Part shown: positions 45,162-53,557 of the stretch, piece by piece | How the letters are laid out: each line of letters begins with the position of its first letter | Numbering within the stretch: the first letter of the stretch is position 1 | Made by a program: the position numbers and the translations under genes | Origin: an uncultured Thermodesulfobacteriota bacterium | GTDB lineage: Bacteria > Desulfobacterota > BSN033 > WVXP01 | Direction: 5' to 3' | Assembly (NCBI GenBank): GCA_964348185.1 | Contig: CAYGBW010000003.1 | Span: 1 to 62,981 of the forward strand | DNA length: 62,981 bases | The notes under the pieces: model-generated | Seen by the model: only the letters and a program-made list of their open reading frames with translations | What the model was told of the DNA's origin: nothing | Database searches by the model: none

Positions 45162-46691
45162 ATGAAGGCCCAAACCGAACCGCTGACCATTCGCCTTAAT
45201 CCCTCGGACAATGTCGTTGTGGCTCGTGCCGACCTCAACCCTGGCTCGAAGATTCCCGGAGAGGGCCTGACCTGCCGTAACCCTATCCCATCTGGCCACA
45301 AAGTCGCCACCGCTTTCATCCCCCCTGGCGCACCCGTACGAAAATACAACCAGATTATTGGGTTCACCACATGCACCGTCTCCCCTGGGGAGCACGTGCA
45401 CACCCACAACATGGAGTCAAAGGCGTTTGCTCGCGACTACGCGATGGGCGCCGATGTTCGACCCACGGATTACGTGCCAGAAGAGACGGAGGCGACCTTC
45501 GAAGGCATCGTGCGGCCAGATGGTCGCGTTGCCACGCGCAACTACATTGGGGTGCTCACCCTTGTGAACTGCTCGGCCACGGTGGCCCGTTATATCGCTG
45601 AGTCCTTTCGGGGTGATGGGCTCGGAGAGTTTCCCCATATCGATGGGGTGGTCGCCCTTTGCCACGGGACCGCGTGCGGGGGGGGTAGCGCGGAAGGTCT
45701 CGACATCCTCGAGCGTACGATTGCGGGTTATGCCCGGAACCCAAATTTCGCAGGCGTGTTGATCGCTGGATTGGGCTGCGAACTCAACGATATGGATCTT
45801 CTCCTGGAAGGCATGAATCTCGAGAGAGGGCCGTTCCTTCAGACCCTGACGATCCAGGGGACGGGCGGCACCCGGGCAGCGGTGCGTGAGGGTGTGGCCC
45901 GCGTTCGGGAGATGCTCCCTGACGCGAATCGGGTCGAACGTCAGACCTGTCCGGCAAGGCACATTATCCTCGGTTTGGAGTGCGGCGGATCAGACGGTTA
46001 TTCCGGCATCACGGCAAATCCAGCTTTGGGAGCGGCGGTGGACCTTCTCGTGCGTCACGGAGGGACCGCGATCTTGAGCGAGACTCCGGAGATTTACGGT
46101 GCCGAGCACCTCTTAACCCGACGGGTTGTGAGCCGCGAGGTCGGAGAGAGACTCCTGGCCCTGATGAACTGGTGGGGGGCCTATACTGCCCGGACCGGCT
46201 GCAAGATAGACAACAACCCTTCCCCGGGCAACAAGGCCGGGGGGTTGACCACGATTCTCGAGAAGTCCCTGGGCGCTGTAGCAAAGGGCGGCACCACAAA
46301 CCTGGTGGGGGTTTATCCCTATGCTCAACCCATCACCGCTAAGGGGCTGGTCTTCATGGACACGCCGGGCTTCGACCCCGTCTCGGTGACGGGAATGGTG
46401 GCAGGGGGGGCTAATCTCATTTGCTTCACCACGGGCCGCGGCTCGGTCTTCGGTTGCAAGCCGGTGCCCGTGATCAAGTTGGCAAGCAACACCGCATTGT
46501 ACCACGCCATGGCGGAGGATATGGACGTATCTTGCGGGCCTATTGTGGAGGGTGAGACGACAATCGAGGAGATGGGTGAGCGTATCTTCCGCCTGATCCT
46601 TGAAACGGCGTCCGGAAAGAAGACCAAAAGCGAGCTTCTCGGCCTTGGGGACGATGAGTTCACACCCTGGCAAATCGGCGCCGTGTTGTGA
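45162..46691 (+). CDS. UxaA-family sugar-acid dehydratase (altronate/galactarate dehydratase-like)
   Basis: 509 aa. The N-terminal SAF domain (NPSDNVVVARADLNPGSKI...GHKVA...GEHVHTHN) is followed by the large dehydratase domain with Cys-rich metal-site motifs (CSATVA, LCHGTACGG). Confidence 0.8.
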   Translation: MKAQTEPLTIRLNPSDNVVVARADLNPGSKIPGEGLTCRNPIPSGHKVATAFIPPGAPVRKYNQIIGFTTCTVSPGEHVHTHNMESKAFARDYAMGADVRPTDYVPEETEATFEGIVRPDGRVATRNYIGVLTLVNCSATVARYIAESFRGDGLGEFPHIDGVVALCHGTACGGGSAEGLDILERTIAGYARNPNFAGVLIAGLGCELNDMDLLLEGMNLERGPFLQTLTIQGTGGTRAAVREGVARVREMLPDANRVERQTCPARHIILGLECGGSDGYSGITANPALGAAVDLLVRHGGTAILSETPEIYGAEHLLTRRVVSREVGERLLALMNWWGAYTARTGCKIDNNPSPGNKAGGLTTILEKSLGAVAKGGTTNLVGVYPYAQPITAKGLVFMDTPGFDPVSVTGMVAGGANLICFTTGRGSVFGCKPVPVIKLASNTALYHAMAEDMDVSCGPIVEGETTIEEMGERIFRLILETASGKKTKSELLGLGDDEFTPWQIGAVL

Positions 46692-46820
46692 GGGGCGAGT
46701 CGATAGCCAAAAGACGCTCCAAGCGTCTCGATTGAATGCAAGGGGCATAGGATCGTCAGAGAACCCGGGAGCTGTATGGCTCATGGCCGCCCTTGCCCCG
46801 TGGGGACTTCTGCCCCCTTT

Positions 46821-47165
46821 TCACACAACGATGGGCTTTGGGGATCGTGTGGCAACCTCTAGGAAAGTCCGGCCCCTGGGAATTGCCTCAAGGTGGAGGG
46901 CCACAACGGCTGTCTCAGGATCCTTGACAAGATAGTCGAGTAACTCGCACTCGTCCACAGCCGTCCTGGCCCCAATCGAGCAGACCTTGCTCACTCCCAT
47001 GGTTTCGTGGCTCATCAGATCCACAATGAAACTCCCTGAAAGCACCTTGCTCTGGACCCTGAGTGAAACCGTTCCCCCTGTCAGCCCCTCGTCCCAGAGG
47101 CGGGGGGCCAGAACAGTCTGGATGATGCACCAATACCTTCGTTTCGTTCATGACAACCTCCACAC
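46821..47165 (-). pseudogene. Remnant of an NDP-forming acyl-CoA synthetase (CoA-ligase domain fragment)
   Basis: GTVSLRVQSKVLSGSFIVDLMSHETMGVSKVCSIGARTAVDECELLDYLVKDPETAVVALHLEAIPRGRTFLEVATRSPKPIVV, then a stop. Compare the family pattern G.V..VSQSG...... G.S..VS.GN.ADV....LL.YL..DP.T.VI.LYLE.I..GR.F. An upstream PDCSG (compare GPNCLG) is in another frame. Confidence 0.5.
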
Positions 47166-47198
47166 CCTATCCATGAAGCCCTGCCCTTTTTTAATCGC

Positions 47199-47396
47199 TC
47201 ATAGGCTCCTGAAGGCCTCATCAAAGGTTTCGAGGGTTTTGTCGATATCCTCCTGAGTGTGGGCAGCTGAAATATAGCCTCTTTGACTCGGAATAAAAAA
47301 GATCCCTTTCTTGAGAAGCATCGCATGAAATCTGTCCTGGAGGTTCTTATCTGCATGGACGACTTCTTCGGGTTGGTTGACTCGGCTTCTCAGAAT
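47199..47396 (-). pseudogene. C-terminal remnant of a class-III aminotransferase (HemL / GSA aminomutase-like)
   Basis: Open frame bounded by stops: ILRSRVNQPEEVVHADKNLQDRFHAMLLKKGIFFIPSQRGYISAAHTQEDIDKTLETFDEAFRSL. It matches the ..FFH.ML..GV...PS.FE..F.S.AHT.EDI..TL pattern. There is no N-terminal part. Confidence 0.45.
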
Positions 47397-47496
47397 TCAT
47401 TAGCATCCCCTCCTATCGATGGTTGCCCTTGAGTCTTCCGAGACGTATGAGAAACATGACTTTCAGGAATCTCAAAGGGGAAGGATCCTTCAACGG

Positions 47497-48840
47497 CTAT
47501 TGGACCTGTTTCTCAACCTCACGAATCGACGCATCCAGAATCGTGACGATTTCATCCAAATGAGATTGACTCACGATCAATGGAGGTGCAAGGAGAACAT
47601 GGTCCCCTGCAACGCCATCCACACTGCCGGTTCCTGGATATGTAATCAATCCTCGCTCAAGGGCTTGCGCTCCCACGCGCGCGGCGATCTGTTCGTCTGG
47701 TCCAAAGGGTTCCTTGGTTGTCTTCTCCTTCACGAACTCTACACCCACAAGGAGCCCTTTGCCTCTCACATCCCCCACGATCGGATGATCCAAAAGTTCT
47801 GTCAGTCTTTCCAGAAGATAGATGCCGTTATGCTTTGCCTTCGCAACGAGGTTGTTTTCGAGTGTGTATCGTATTGCAGCCACCCCTGTAGCGGCCAGTA
47901 GGTGATGTCCCGAAAACGTATGTCCTGAAACGAAATTCGACTTGTTTCTCTTCATTAATTCCAGAATCCTCTCATCCGCGATAACGGCCGCCAAGGGAAC
48001 GTATCCTCCACTCAACCCTTTCGCACAGGTCATAATATCGGGCTTGACGTTCCAGTTGTCCACACCAAACATCTCACCGGTTCTTCCAAATCCCGTCATC
48101 ACCTCATCGGCAATAAACAGGACATCGTATTTGTCACAGGTTTCTCTGATGATCTGAAAATACTCGTCAACAGGAGGTACGGCGCCTAAAGAGGCTCCCA
48201 CCACCGGCTCGGCGATGAAGGCGGCGACGTTCTCAGGCCCCTGCTGGCAAATCATTTTGTCCAAGGCCCGGGCACAGAGTATTCCACATCCAGGATAGGT
48301 CTTTTCAAAATAACATCGATAGCAATAAGCCGGAGGGATGTGGGGTGAATTCAGAAAGAGGGGTAGATACTTCCGTCGCCTGAACGTGTGTCCCCCATAG
48401 CCCAGAGAGGCAAGTGTAGCCCCATGATAGGCCTGCCACCTGGATATGACCAAAAACTTTGAGGGATTTCCCCTTTCAATCTGGTATTGACGGGCCAGCT
48501 TGACCGCGTTCTCGGTCGCTTCTGAACCGTCAGAGACCAGCCAGGTCTTGTTCACTCCAGCAGGAGTGATTGTGGCCAAAAGCTCGGCTAACTCTATTTC
48601 TGGCCTGTTGAGAAAATAATGGCTCGGGCAATAGGCGAACTTCCGACATTGAAACTCTATCGCTCGAATCACCGCTTCGACACCGTGTCCCAAGTTCGCA
48701 ACGGCCGAAGATCCGGAACTCCCATCGATGTATCGCTTTCCATTCTCGTCGTAGAGGAATATCCCCTCCCCCCGTTCAATCGTTAAGTATTCTCTTTCCA
48801 TATCGCGAAGAATCAGCGGAGAATTGCTTCCCTTACTCAT
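47497..48840 (-). CDS. Class-III (omega) aminotransferase, PLP-dependent
   Basis: Start moved to ATG 48840 (GGAAGGAGGG upstream). Has LVSDGSEATENAVKLAR, FIAEPV, FIADEVMTGFGRTG and the Lys context DIMTCAKGLSGGY. Confidence 0.85.
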   Translation of the reverse strand: MSKGSNSPLILRDMEREYLTIERGEGIFLYDENGKRYIDGSSGSSAVANLGHGVEAVIRAIEFQCRKFAYCPSHYFLNRPEIELAELLATITPAGVNKTWLVSDGSEATENAVKLARQYQIERGNPSKFLVISRWQAYHGATLASLGYGGHTFRRRKYLPLFLNSPHIPPAYCYRCYFEKTYPGCGILCARALDKMICQQGPENVAAFIAEPVVGASLGAVPPVDEYFQIIRETCDKYDVLFIADEVMTGFGRTGEMFGVDNWNVKPDIMTCAKGLSGGYVPLAAVIADERILELMKRNKSNFVSGHTFSGHHLLAATGVAAIRYTLENNLVAKAKHNGIYLLERLTELLDHPIVGDVRGKGLLVGVEFVKEKTTKEPFGPDEQIAARVGAQALERGLITYPGTGSVDGVAGDHVLLAPPLIVSQSHLDEIVTILDASIREVEKQVQ

Positions 48841-48872
48841 CCCAGATCCCTCCTTCCCTTGCGGCCCATGCC

Positions 48873-49067
48873 TTAATGAATCACCCAGCGAATCGATTCT
48901 CTTCCCAAATGAGTCGCGATGGGAGCAAAGACAGGCGCCAGGATCAAAATCGCCGGATTTTGATCCATAAAGGTGCCCATAATGAGAAAGACGATGTTCA
49001 TCGCAAAAATAGACCCGTAATAGCCCAGGGGACGAATAAAAAAGGTCACCCATTCAAGGGCACCCTG
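48873..49067 (-). pseudogene. Remnant of a TRAP transporter large permease (DctM-like) C-terminal region
   Basis: Frame bounded by stops: QGALEWVTFFIRPLGYYGSIFAMNIVFLIMGTFMDQNPAILILAPVFAPIATHLGRESIRWVIH. It matches ..N..LLI.G.FMD..A.ILI..PI..P.A..LG.DP.. of DctM. Confidence 0.45.
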
Positions 49068-49514
49068 TCAAGAGAGAACATCTGTCCATGGCAAAAATAC
49101 GCTTTTTTGCAGGGTGAGATCTCGATGCCAGCTCGGGCTCTTCCGACTCTCTATCTGCACCCGCTACTTCTTTGTCTTGGGTTCTCGGTCATCGACTGAT
49201 CCGCACCCGTCAACCATCGGGATTTAGGTTCTTTCTTTCGAACCCTTGTCTACCCTAGGCAGACCCAGAAGATCGTCGGCTCCATGCCATGTCCAATGGG
49301 TTATCTGACAATTCTTATGGTTTTTAATCCAGCCTGTGGCGGACTCATGGCATGGGCAGATCAGGCGGCCAGAGACCCGTTCTGGCTATTCCGCAACTTC
49401 ATCCTCTGCTTGACCCCTTTTTCGATCTCCTTGATCCTCTCCCCCAGATATCTCATGACCCCAACACTCGTGTTGACTCCCAGGAGGTGTGGATGTGGGT
49501 ACACACCTAAACAC

Positions 49515-49543
49515 TTGACGTGTCCACCTCTTTCTGTTATGAT
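49515..49543 (+). promoter_or_regulatory. Putative promoter of the phd-vapC module
   Basis: TTGACG (49515-49520), 17 nt, TATGAT (49538-49543). Preceded by the inverted repeat GGTGTG ... CACACC (about 49487-49508). Confidence 0.5.
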
Positions 49544-49604
49544 GGTTTCTGGCTGGGCCCGATGCACGGCTCAATCGATGAGTCGAATCAACTGGAGGTT
49601 TCTG

Positions 49605-49877
49605 ATGAAAACGGTCAATGCACTCCAGCTCAGGAACAAACTCGGAGAGGTTCTGGATATGCTGAAAGAGACGGGGGAGCCGATTCTGGTGAGTAAGGGG
49701 AGAGAAATCCGGGCCGTCCTCATCACGCCGGAACAGTTCAAGAGGCGTTTCCTGGACTACCAGTCAGAAGAACGGAAAAAAGAACTCCTCAAAACGATCC
49801 AGGCGCTGAAGGAGAACCGTGTGGAGAAACAGGAGAGCATCGAAGTGCTTCGAGAACTGCGAGGTTACGCACGATGA
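49605..49877 (+). CDS. Phd/YefM-family type II antitoxin
   Basis: Start moved to ATG 49605 (GGAGG 7 nt upstream). 90 aa: MKTVNALQLRNKLGEVLDMLKETGEPILVSKGREIRAVLITPEQF. Overlaps the toxin start by 4 nt. Confidence 0.8.
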   Translation: MKTVNALQLRNKLGEVLDMLKETGEPILVSKGREIRAVLITPEQFKRRFLDYQSEERKKELLKTIQALKENRVEKQESIEVLRELRGYAR

Positions 49878-50302
49878 TCTGGGTTCTGGATGCCTCAGTA
49901 GCGGTTCGATGGTTTCTCAAGGATGAAAGCCATCCCCATGCGGAGGCTGTGCTACGGAGATTGATCGACGTTCCACAATTCTTCGCTATCCCCGAGCTAT
50001 TCTCCTTTGAGGTCTATGCCGTCTTGTGTCGTGTTCATCCGTCAGGACATACCGCTTTTGTGGAGGGAATCATTCCCCTCTTGAATGGTGGAATCCTCAG
50101 ACAGCCCATGACCAAGAGCCTGGCCACCAGGGCGAGTAAATTCGTGGGAAAAGGGCTGACCGGGTATGATGCTTGCTACGCAGCTCTTGCCAGCGAAATG
50201 AAAGGCAAATGGCTAACCTTCGATCGACAGGCCCACGGGATTCTGTCTGGAGAGGGGATCTCGCACGATCTGACGATGGCGCTGCCTCGTGGGTGGTCGT
50301 GA
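49874..50302 (+). CDS. vapC: PIN-domain toxin (VapC)
   Basis: 142 aa. Has the N-terminal LDASVAV acidic motif and later GYDACYAALA, typical of VapC PIN domains. Coupled to the upstream antitoxin. Confidence 0.8.
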   Translation: MIWVLDASVAVRWFLKDESHPHAEAVLRRLIDVPQFFAIPELFSFEVYAVLCRVHPSGHTAFVEGIIPLLNGGILRQPMTKSLATRASKFVGKGLTGYDACYAALASEMKGKWLTFDRQAHGILSGEGISHDLTMALPRGWS

Positions 50303-50438
50303 ACCTGGAGCAATGACTCCGGGGAAGCCTTCCCTCCCCCTACTCTTCCGTTAAGCAGGGTGGAACCTCGGTCTGTAACGAGATTGTGACGATCACAGGA
50401 AAAAATCCCCAAACACAACCTAAACCAGTAAACCAACT

Positions 50439-50466
50439 GGCCAGAAGAGCTCGGCTGGCCTTTTTT
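50439..50466 (+). terminator. Possible weak rho-independent terminator after vapC
   Basis: GGCCAG (50439-50444), a 10-nt loop, CTGGCC (50455-50460), then TTTTTTGT. Confidence 0.4.
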
Positions 50467-50575
50467 GTATGATTCATGACCGGAAATAGAATGGAAGTCG
50501 ACGTGTCGGGCCTTGACAGGAACTATGGGGGTATCATACTTCTTGTTTGGGGGATTAGTCATCAGAGGGTGGGGA

Positions 50576-50948
50576 TACCTAGTATCACGTCCCAAAAGTA
50601 ATTCATGAAAATCACAGCAGAACTGATCGTACGTATTGAGATGTCGAAATCTAAAATTCGAAGCACGAAATTCGAAATCCGAAATGGTTCGACGGGCCGT
50701 TCGACAAGCTCACGGTCCTGAGCAGAGTCAAAGGACTCATCATCCTGAGCCAAGTCGAAGGACAATATCAAAATTCAAATTCTCCAATCTTCTAAACATA
50801 TGTTTGGGATTTTGGTCATTTGAGATTCGGATTTGTTTCGCATTTCGATATTCGGATTTCGGATTTAGAATGTCGGTTTTCAGGGCACTGTGCGACCGTG
50901 TAAGTTATGCAAGTTACTATTGGGACACTACACTGGGAGGAAAAGGGA
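50576..50948 (-). repeat. Copy B of the element with heptamer-array arms, inverted relative to copy A, upstream of qor
   Basis: The reverse complement aligns by eye with 35995-36335 over nearly the full length. It carries an extra segment of about 27 nt (ttggctcaggatgatgagtcctttgac). Heptamer arms lie at about 50641-50685 and 50818-50866. Confidence 0.8.
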
Positions 50949-50984
50949 ATGAAGCGATGTAAACTGAGTTGAAGGGAGGCGACG

Positions 50985-51959
50985 ATGGTCAAAGCGATTC
51001 GAATGCATGAAACAGGCGGGCCTGAAGTTTTGCGTTGGGAGGATTATGATCCGGGCCAGCCTGGGCCAGGTGAAGTGCTCGTTCGTCATGAAGCGGTGGG
51101 GATGAATTTTATTGATGTTTATCACCGGACAGGACTTTACCCCATGCCTTTGCCCGGTAGTCCAGGGCTGGAGGGGGCTGGGACTGTCGAGGCAATTGGT
51201 GAGGGTGTGACCGAACTGGCAGTCGGTGACCGCGTTGCCTATGCAGCGGTTCCACCTGGCGCCTATGCCGAGGCTCGAGTGATTCCTGCCCACCGTCTCG
51301 TGAAACTCCCCGAGAGCATTCCAGCCCGCGAGGCTGCCGGCATGATGCTTCGGGGGATGACGGCGAGCTATCTCTTGCGGAGTACCTATCCGGTCAAACC
51401 CGGTGAAACGATTCTGATCCACGCCGCGGCAGGAGGTGTGGGTTTGATTGCCTGCCAGTGGGCCAAGCATCTTGGAGCGACGGTGATCGGAACGGCCGGG
51501 TCACCGGAAAAAGCTGAACTCGCCCGGGCCAATGGTTGCGAATATCCCATTCTCTACGAGGACGATGACTTTGTTTCACGGGTGAAGGAGATCACCCAGG
51601 GAGCCGGTGTCGATGTGGTGTACGATTCTGTGGGTCGGACGACCTTTATGAAGTCCCTCGACTGCTTGCGGCCCATGGGTATGCTCGTCGCCTTTGGTCA
51701 GAGCTCTGGAGCGGTTCCACCCTTTGATCTTGGCCTTCTCGCTGCCAAGGGCTCCTTGTTTCTCACCCGGCCGACCCTTATGACCTATACGGCCAAGCGA
51801 GAGGGTTTACTGACTCATGCCAAGAATCTGTTTGAGGTGGTGGAAAAAGGAGTGGTCAAGATTCAAATCGGGCAGACCTATCCGTTGGCTGAGGCTGCCC
51901 AGGCCCACCGGGATCTTGAAGGTCGGAAGACGACTGGATCCACTATCCTGATTCCCTAG
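50985..51959 (+). CDS. qor: NADPH:quinone oxidoreductase (zeta-crystallin-type MDR)
   Basis: 324 aa. Reads MVKAIRMHETGGPEVLRWED...GEVLVRHEAVGMNFIDVYHRTGLYP, with AAGGVG as the Rossmann motif. Confidence 0.85.
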   Translation: MVKAIRMHETGGPEVLRWEDYDPGQPGPGEVLVRHEAVGMNFIDVYHRTGLYPMPLPGSPGLEGAGTVEAIGEGVTELAVGDRVAYAAVPPGAYAEARVIPAHRLVKLPESIPAREAAGMMLRGMTASYLLRSTYPVKPGETILIHAAAGGVGLIACQWAKHLGATVIGTAGSPEKAELARANGCEYPILYEDDDFVSRVKEITQGAGVDVVYDSVGRTTFMKSLDCLRPMGMLVAFGQSSGAVPPFDLGLLAAKGSLFLTRPTLMTYTAKREGLLTHAKNLFEVVEKGVVKIQIGQTYPLAEAAQAHRDLEGRKTTGSTILIP

Positions 51960-52353
51960 AATGACCGAGGCCCTTTTTCAGGGCAACAGAGAAGCGGGGG
52001 GGAACACCATTGTCCTCTCGCTTCAACGCTCTCGAAGTGACCCTTTTCCCGCCGGCCTTATTGCCAAATGGCACAAATATAGGCAGGACTAATCTGACCC
52101 TTCGCCTAAGATTTATGTGCAAAAAAATACTCTAACGAACGCTCATAGGGATTTTCGTTCGGGCAACAGCCCGAAAAGGCTTGACCCCACGGCCGCGGGG
52201 CGAACGGAGTTCCTCAAAGTCCAGGGTAGTGAAGTCTGCCGGGATCGAGGAGCCCTTGGAAACCCTCTTTTCGTTGGTTCCTGGAACATAGAAACGGATC
52301 TCATTACAGTCATTGGAGTACCCCTTCTCAGGGTCTTAGTACACGTTCATCAG

Positions 52354-53250
52354 TTAGGCTTTCAGGAGTCGTTTCAGCGTTGGAGCGATCTCATCGGGTC
52401 GGTCAACCACGTGAACTCCCACCTCCTTGAGGGAGCGGATCTTGTCCTTGGCCGATCCCTTTCCCCTCTCGACGATACTGCTTGCGTGGGAGAATCGCAT
52501 GCCTTGGGGAGCCCACGTACCGGCGACGTAGACAACGAGAGGTTTGGTGAATCTCTTCTCCCTCACTGCGGATGCAGCTTCCTCCTCATAGGGGCCGCCA
52601 ATTTCTCCGAAGACGGCGACTGCCTTGGTATCCTTCTCCTCCTGGAAGAGGGGCAGTATGTCCCCCATAGACTGTCCCACGACCGGCTCTGTTCCAATAT
52701 GCACGACCGTGCTGACCCCGAGGCCAGCTTGCCTGATGGCCCATGGGACCGTGCCGGACTGCCCTCCGCTTCTGGAGATAACCCCCACGGGTCCGGGTAC
52801 GAATACCCTTTGAGCAAATTCGGGCGTCCCCCCGAGCCAGCCGGCAACAGCAATCCCGGGGCTGATAATTCCAATTGCCCCAGGCCCCAACAGGCGAGTC
52901 CCCTTCAGTTTGGCGTAGGCCATCATCTCGAGGATGTCATAGAGGGGAACCCGCTCCACTGGCATCACGATGAACGGAATTCCTGAATCCATGGCCTCCA
53001 GAACGGCGTACTTGAGGGCCGGCCCGGGTACGAAGGTGACGCTGGCGTCCATGGTCCCCTGAGTGCTGACGGCCTCCTCCACGGTGTTGTAGACAGGTAT
53101 CCCGGCCACTTCTTCTCCGCCACGCCCGGGGGTAACTCCGGCCATCACCTTCGTGCCATACCCCTTCATAAACGCGGCCCGTGCCGAACCTTCCCTCCCC
53201 GTGATGCCCTGAACCAATACCCTTGTGTCCTTTCTCAGTAGAATGGCCAT
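52354..53250 (-). CDS. sucD: Succinyl-CoA synthetase alpha-subunit-like protein (CoA-binding / phosphohistidine subunit)
   Basis: 298 aa. Has VLVQGITGREGS, GVTPGRGG, ISRSGG, and MRFSHASSIV in the phosphohistidine region. Confidence 0.8.
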   Translation of the reverse strand: MAILLRKDTRVLVQGITGREGSARAAFMKGYGTKVMAGVTPGRGGEEVAGIPVYNTVEEAVSTQGTMDASVTFVPGPALKYAVLEAMDSGIPFIVMPVERVPLYDILEMMAYAKLKGTRLLGPGAIGIISPGIAVAGWLGGTPEFAQRVFVPGPVGVISRSGGQSGTVPWAIRQAGLGVSTVVHIGTEPVVGQSMGDILPLFQEEKDTKAVAVFGEIGGPYEEEAASAVREKRFTKPLVVYVAGTWAPQGMRFSHASSIVERGKGSAKDKIRSLKEVGVHVVDRPDEIAPTLKRLLKA

Positions 53251-53265
53251 TTCTCTTACCGCCTT

Positions 53266-53553
53266 TTAGGTTAATCCGTGCTTTCTCCGGTACTCAGCCA
53301 ATCCGGGGATCGGGACCTCGATCTTTATCGCTTTATTTCCTCTGAACCAGCACTCGTACTCGCATGCCAGACACTCCGTACCGACGCGTTTCGTAAATCC
53401 CGCATCCCCTGCCAGGGCAGGTCTGCCATCTTTGATTAGCAGGACTCCTCGGTCGTAGGTTTTGCACGCCTCGGCGCACACATGGGTTTTGCAGTCGAGG
53501 CATTGACTATCATCGATGATTATCTTTATGGTCCTTTCGTCGAATTCTATCAT
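53266..53553 (-). CDS. Small Cys-rich ferredoxin-like protein inserted between sucC and sucD
   Basis: 95 aa with seven Cys: CLDCKTHVCAEAC (CxxCx4Cx3C) and CLACEYEC (CxxCx3C). Intergenic gaps are tight (4 and 15 bp). Confidence 0.6.
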   Translation of the reverse strand: MIEFDERTIKIIIDDSQCLDCKTHVCAEACKTYDRGVLLIKDGRPALAGDAGFTKRVGTECLACEYECWFRGNKAIKIEVPIPGLAEYRRKHGLT

Positions 53554-53557
53554 CAGT

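Noticed and set aside
52117-52986. 289-aa + strand ORF
   Set aside because: It is antisense to sucD for most of its length. The sucD frame has clear CoA-ligase motifs.
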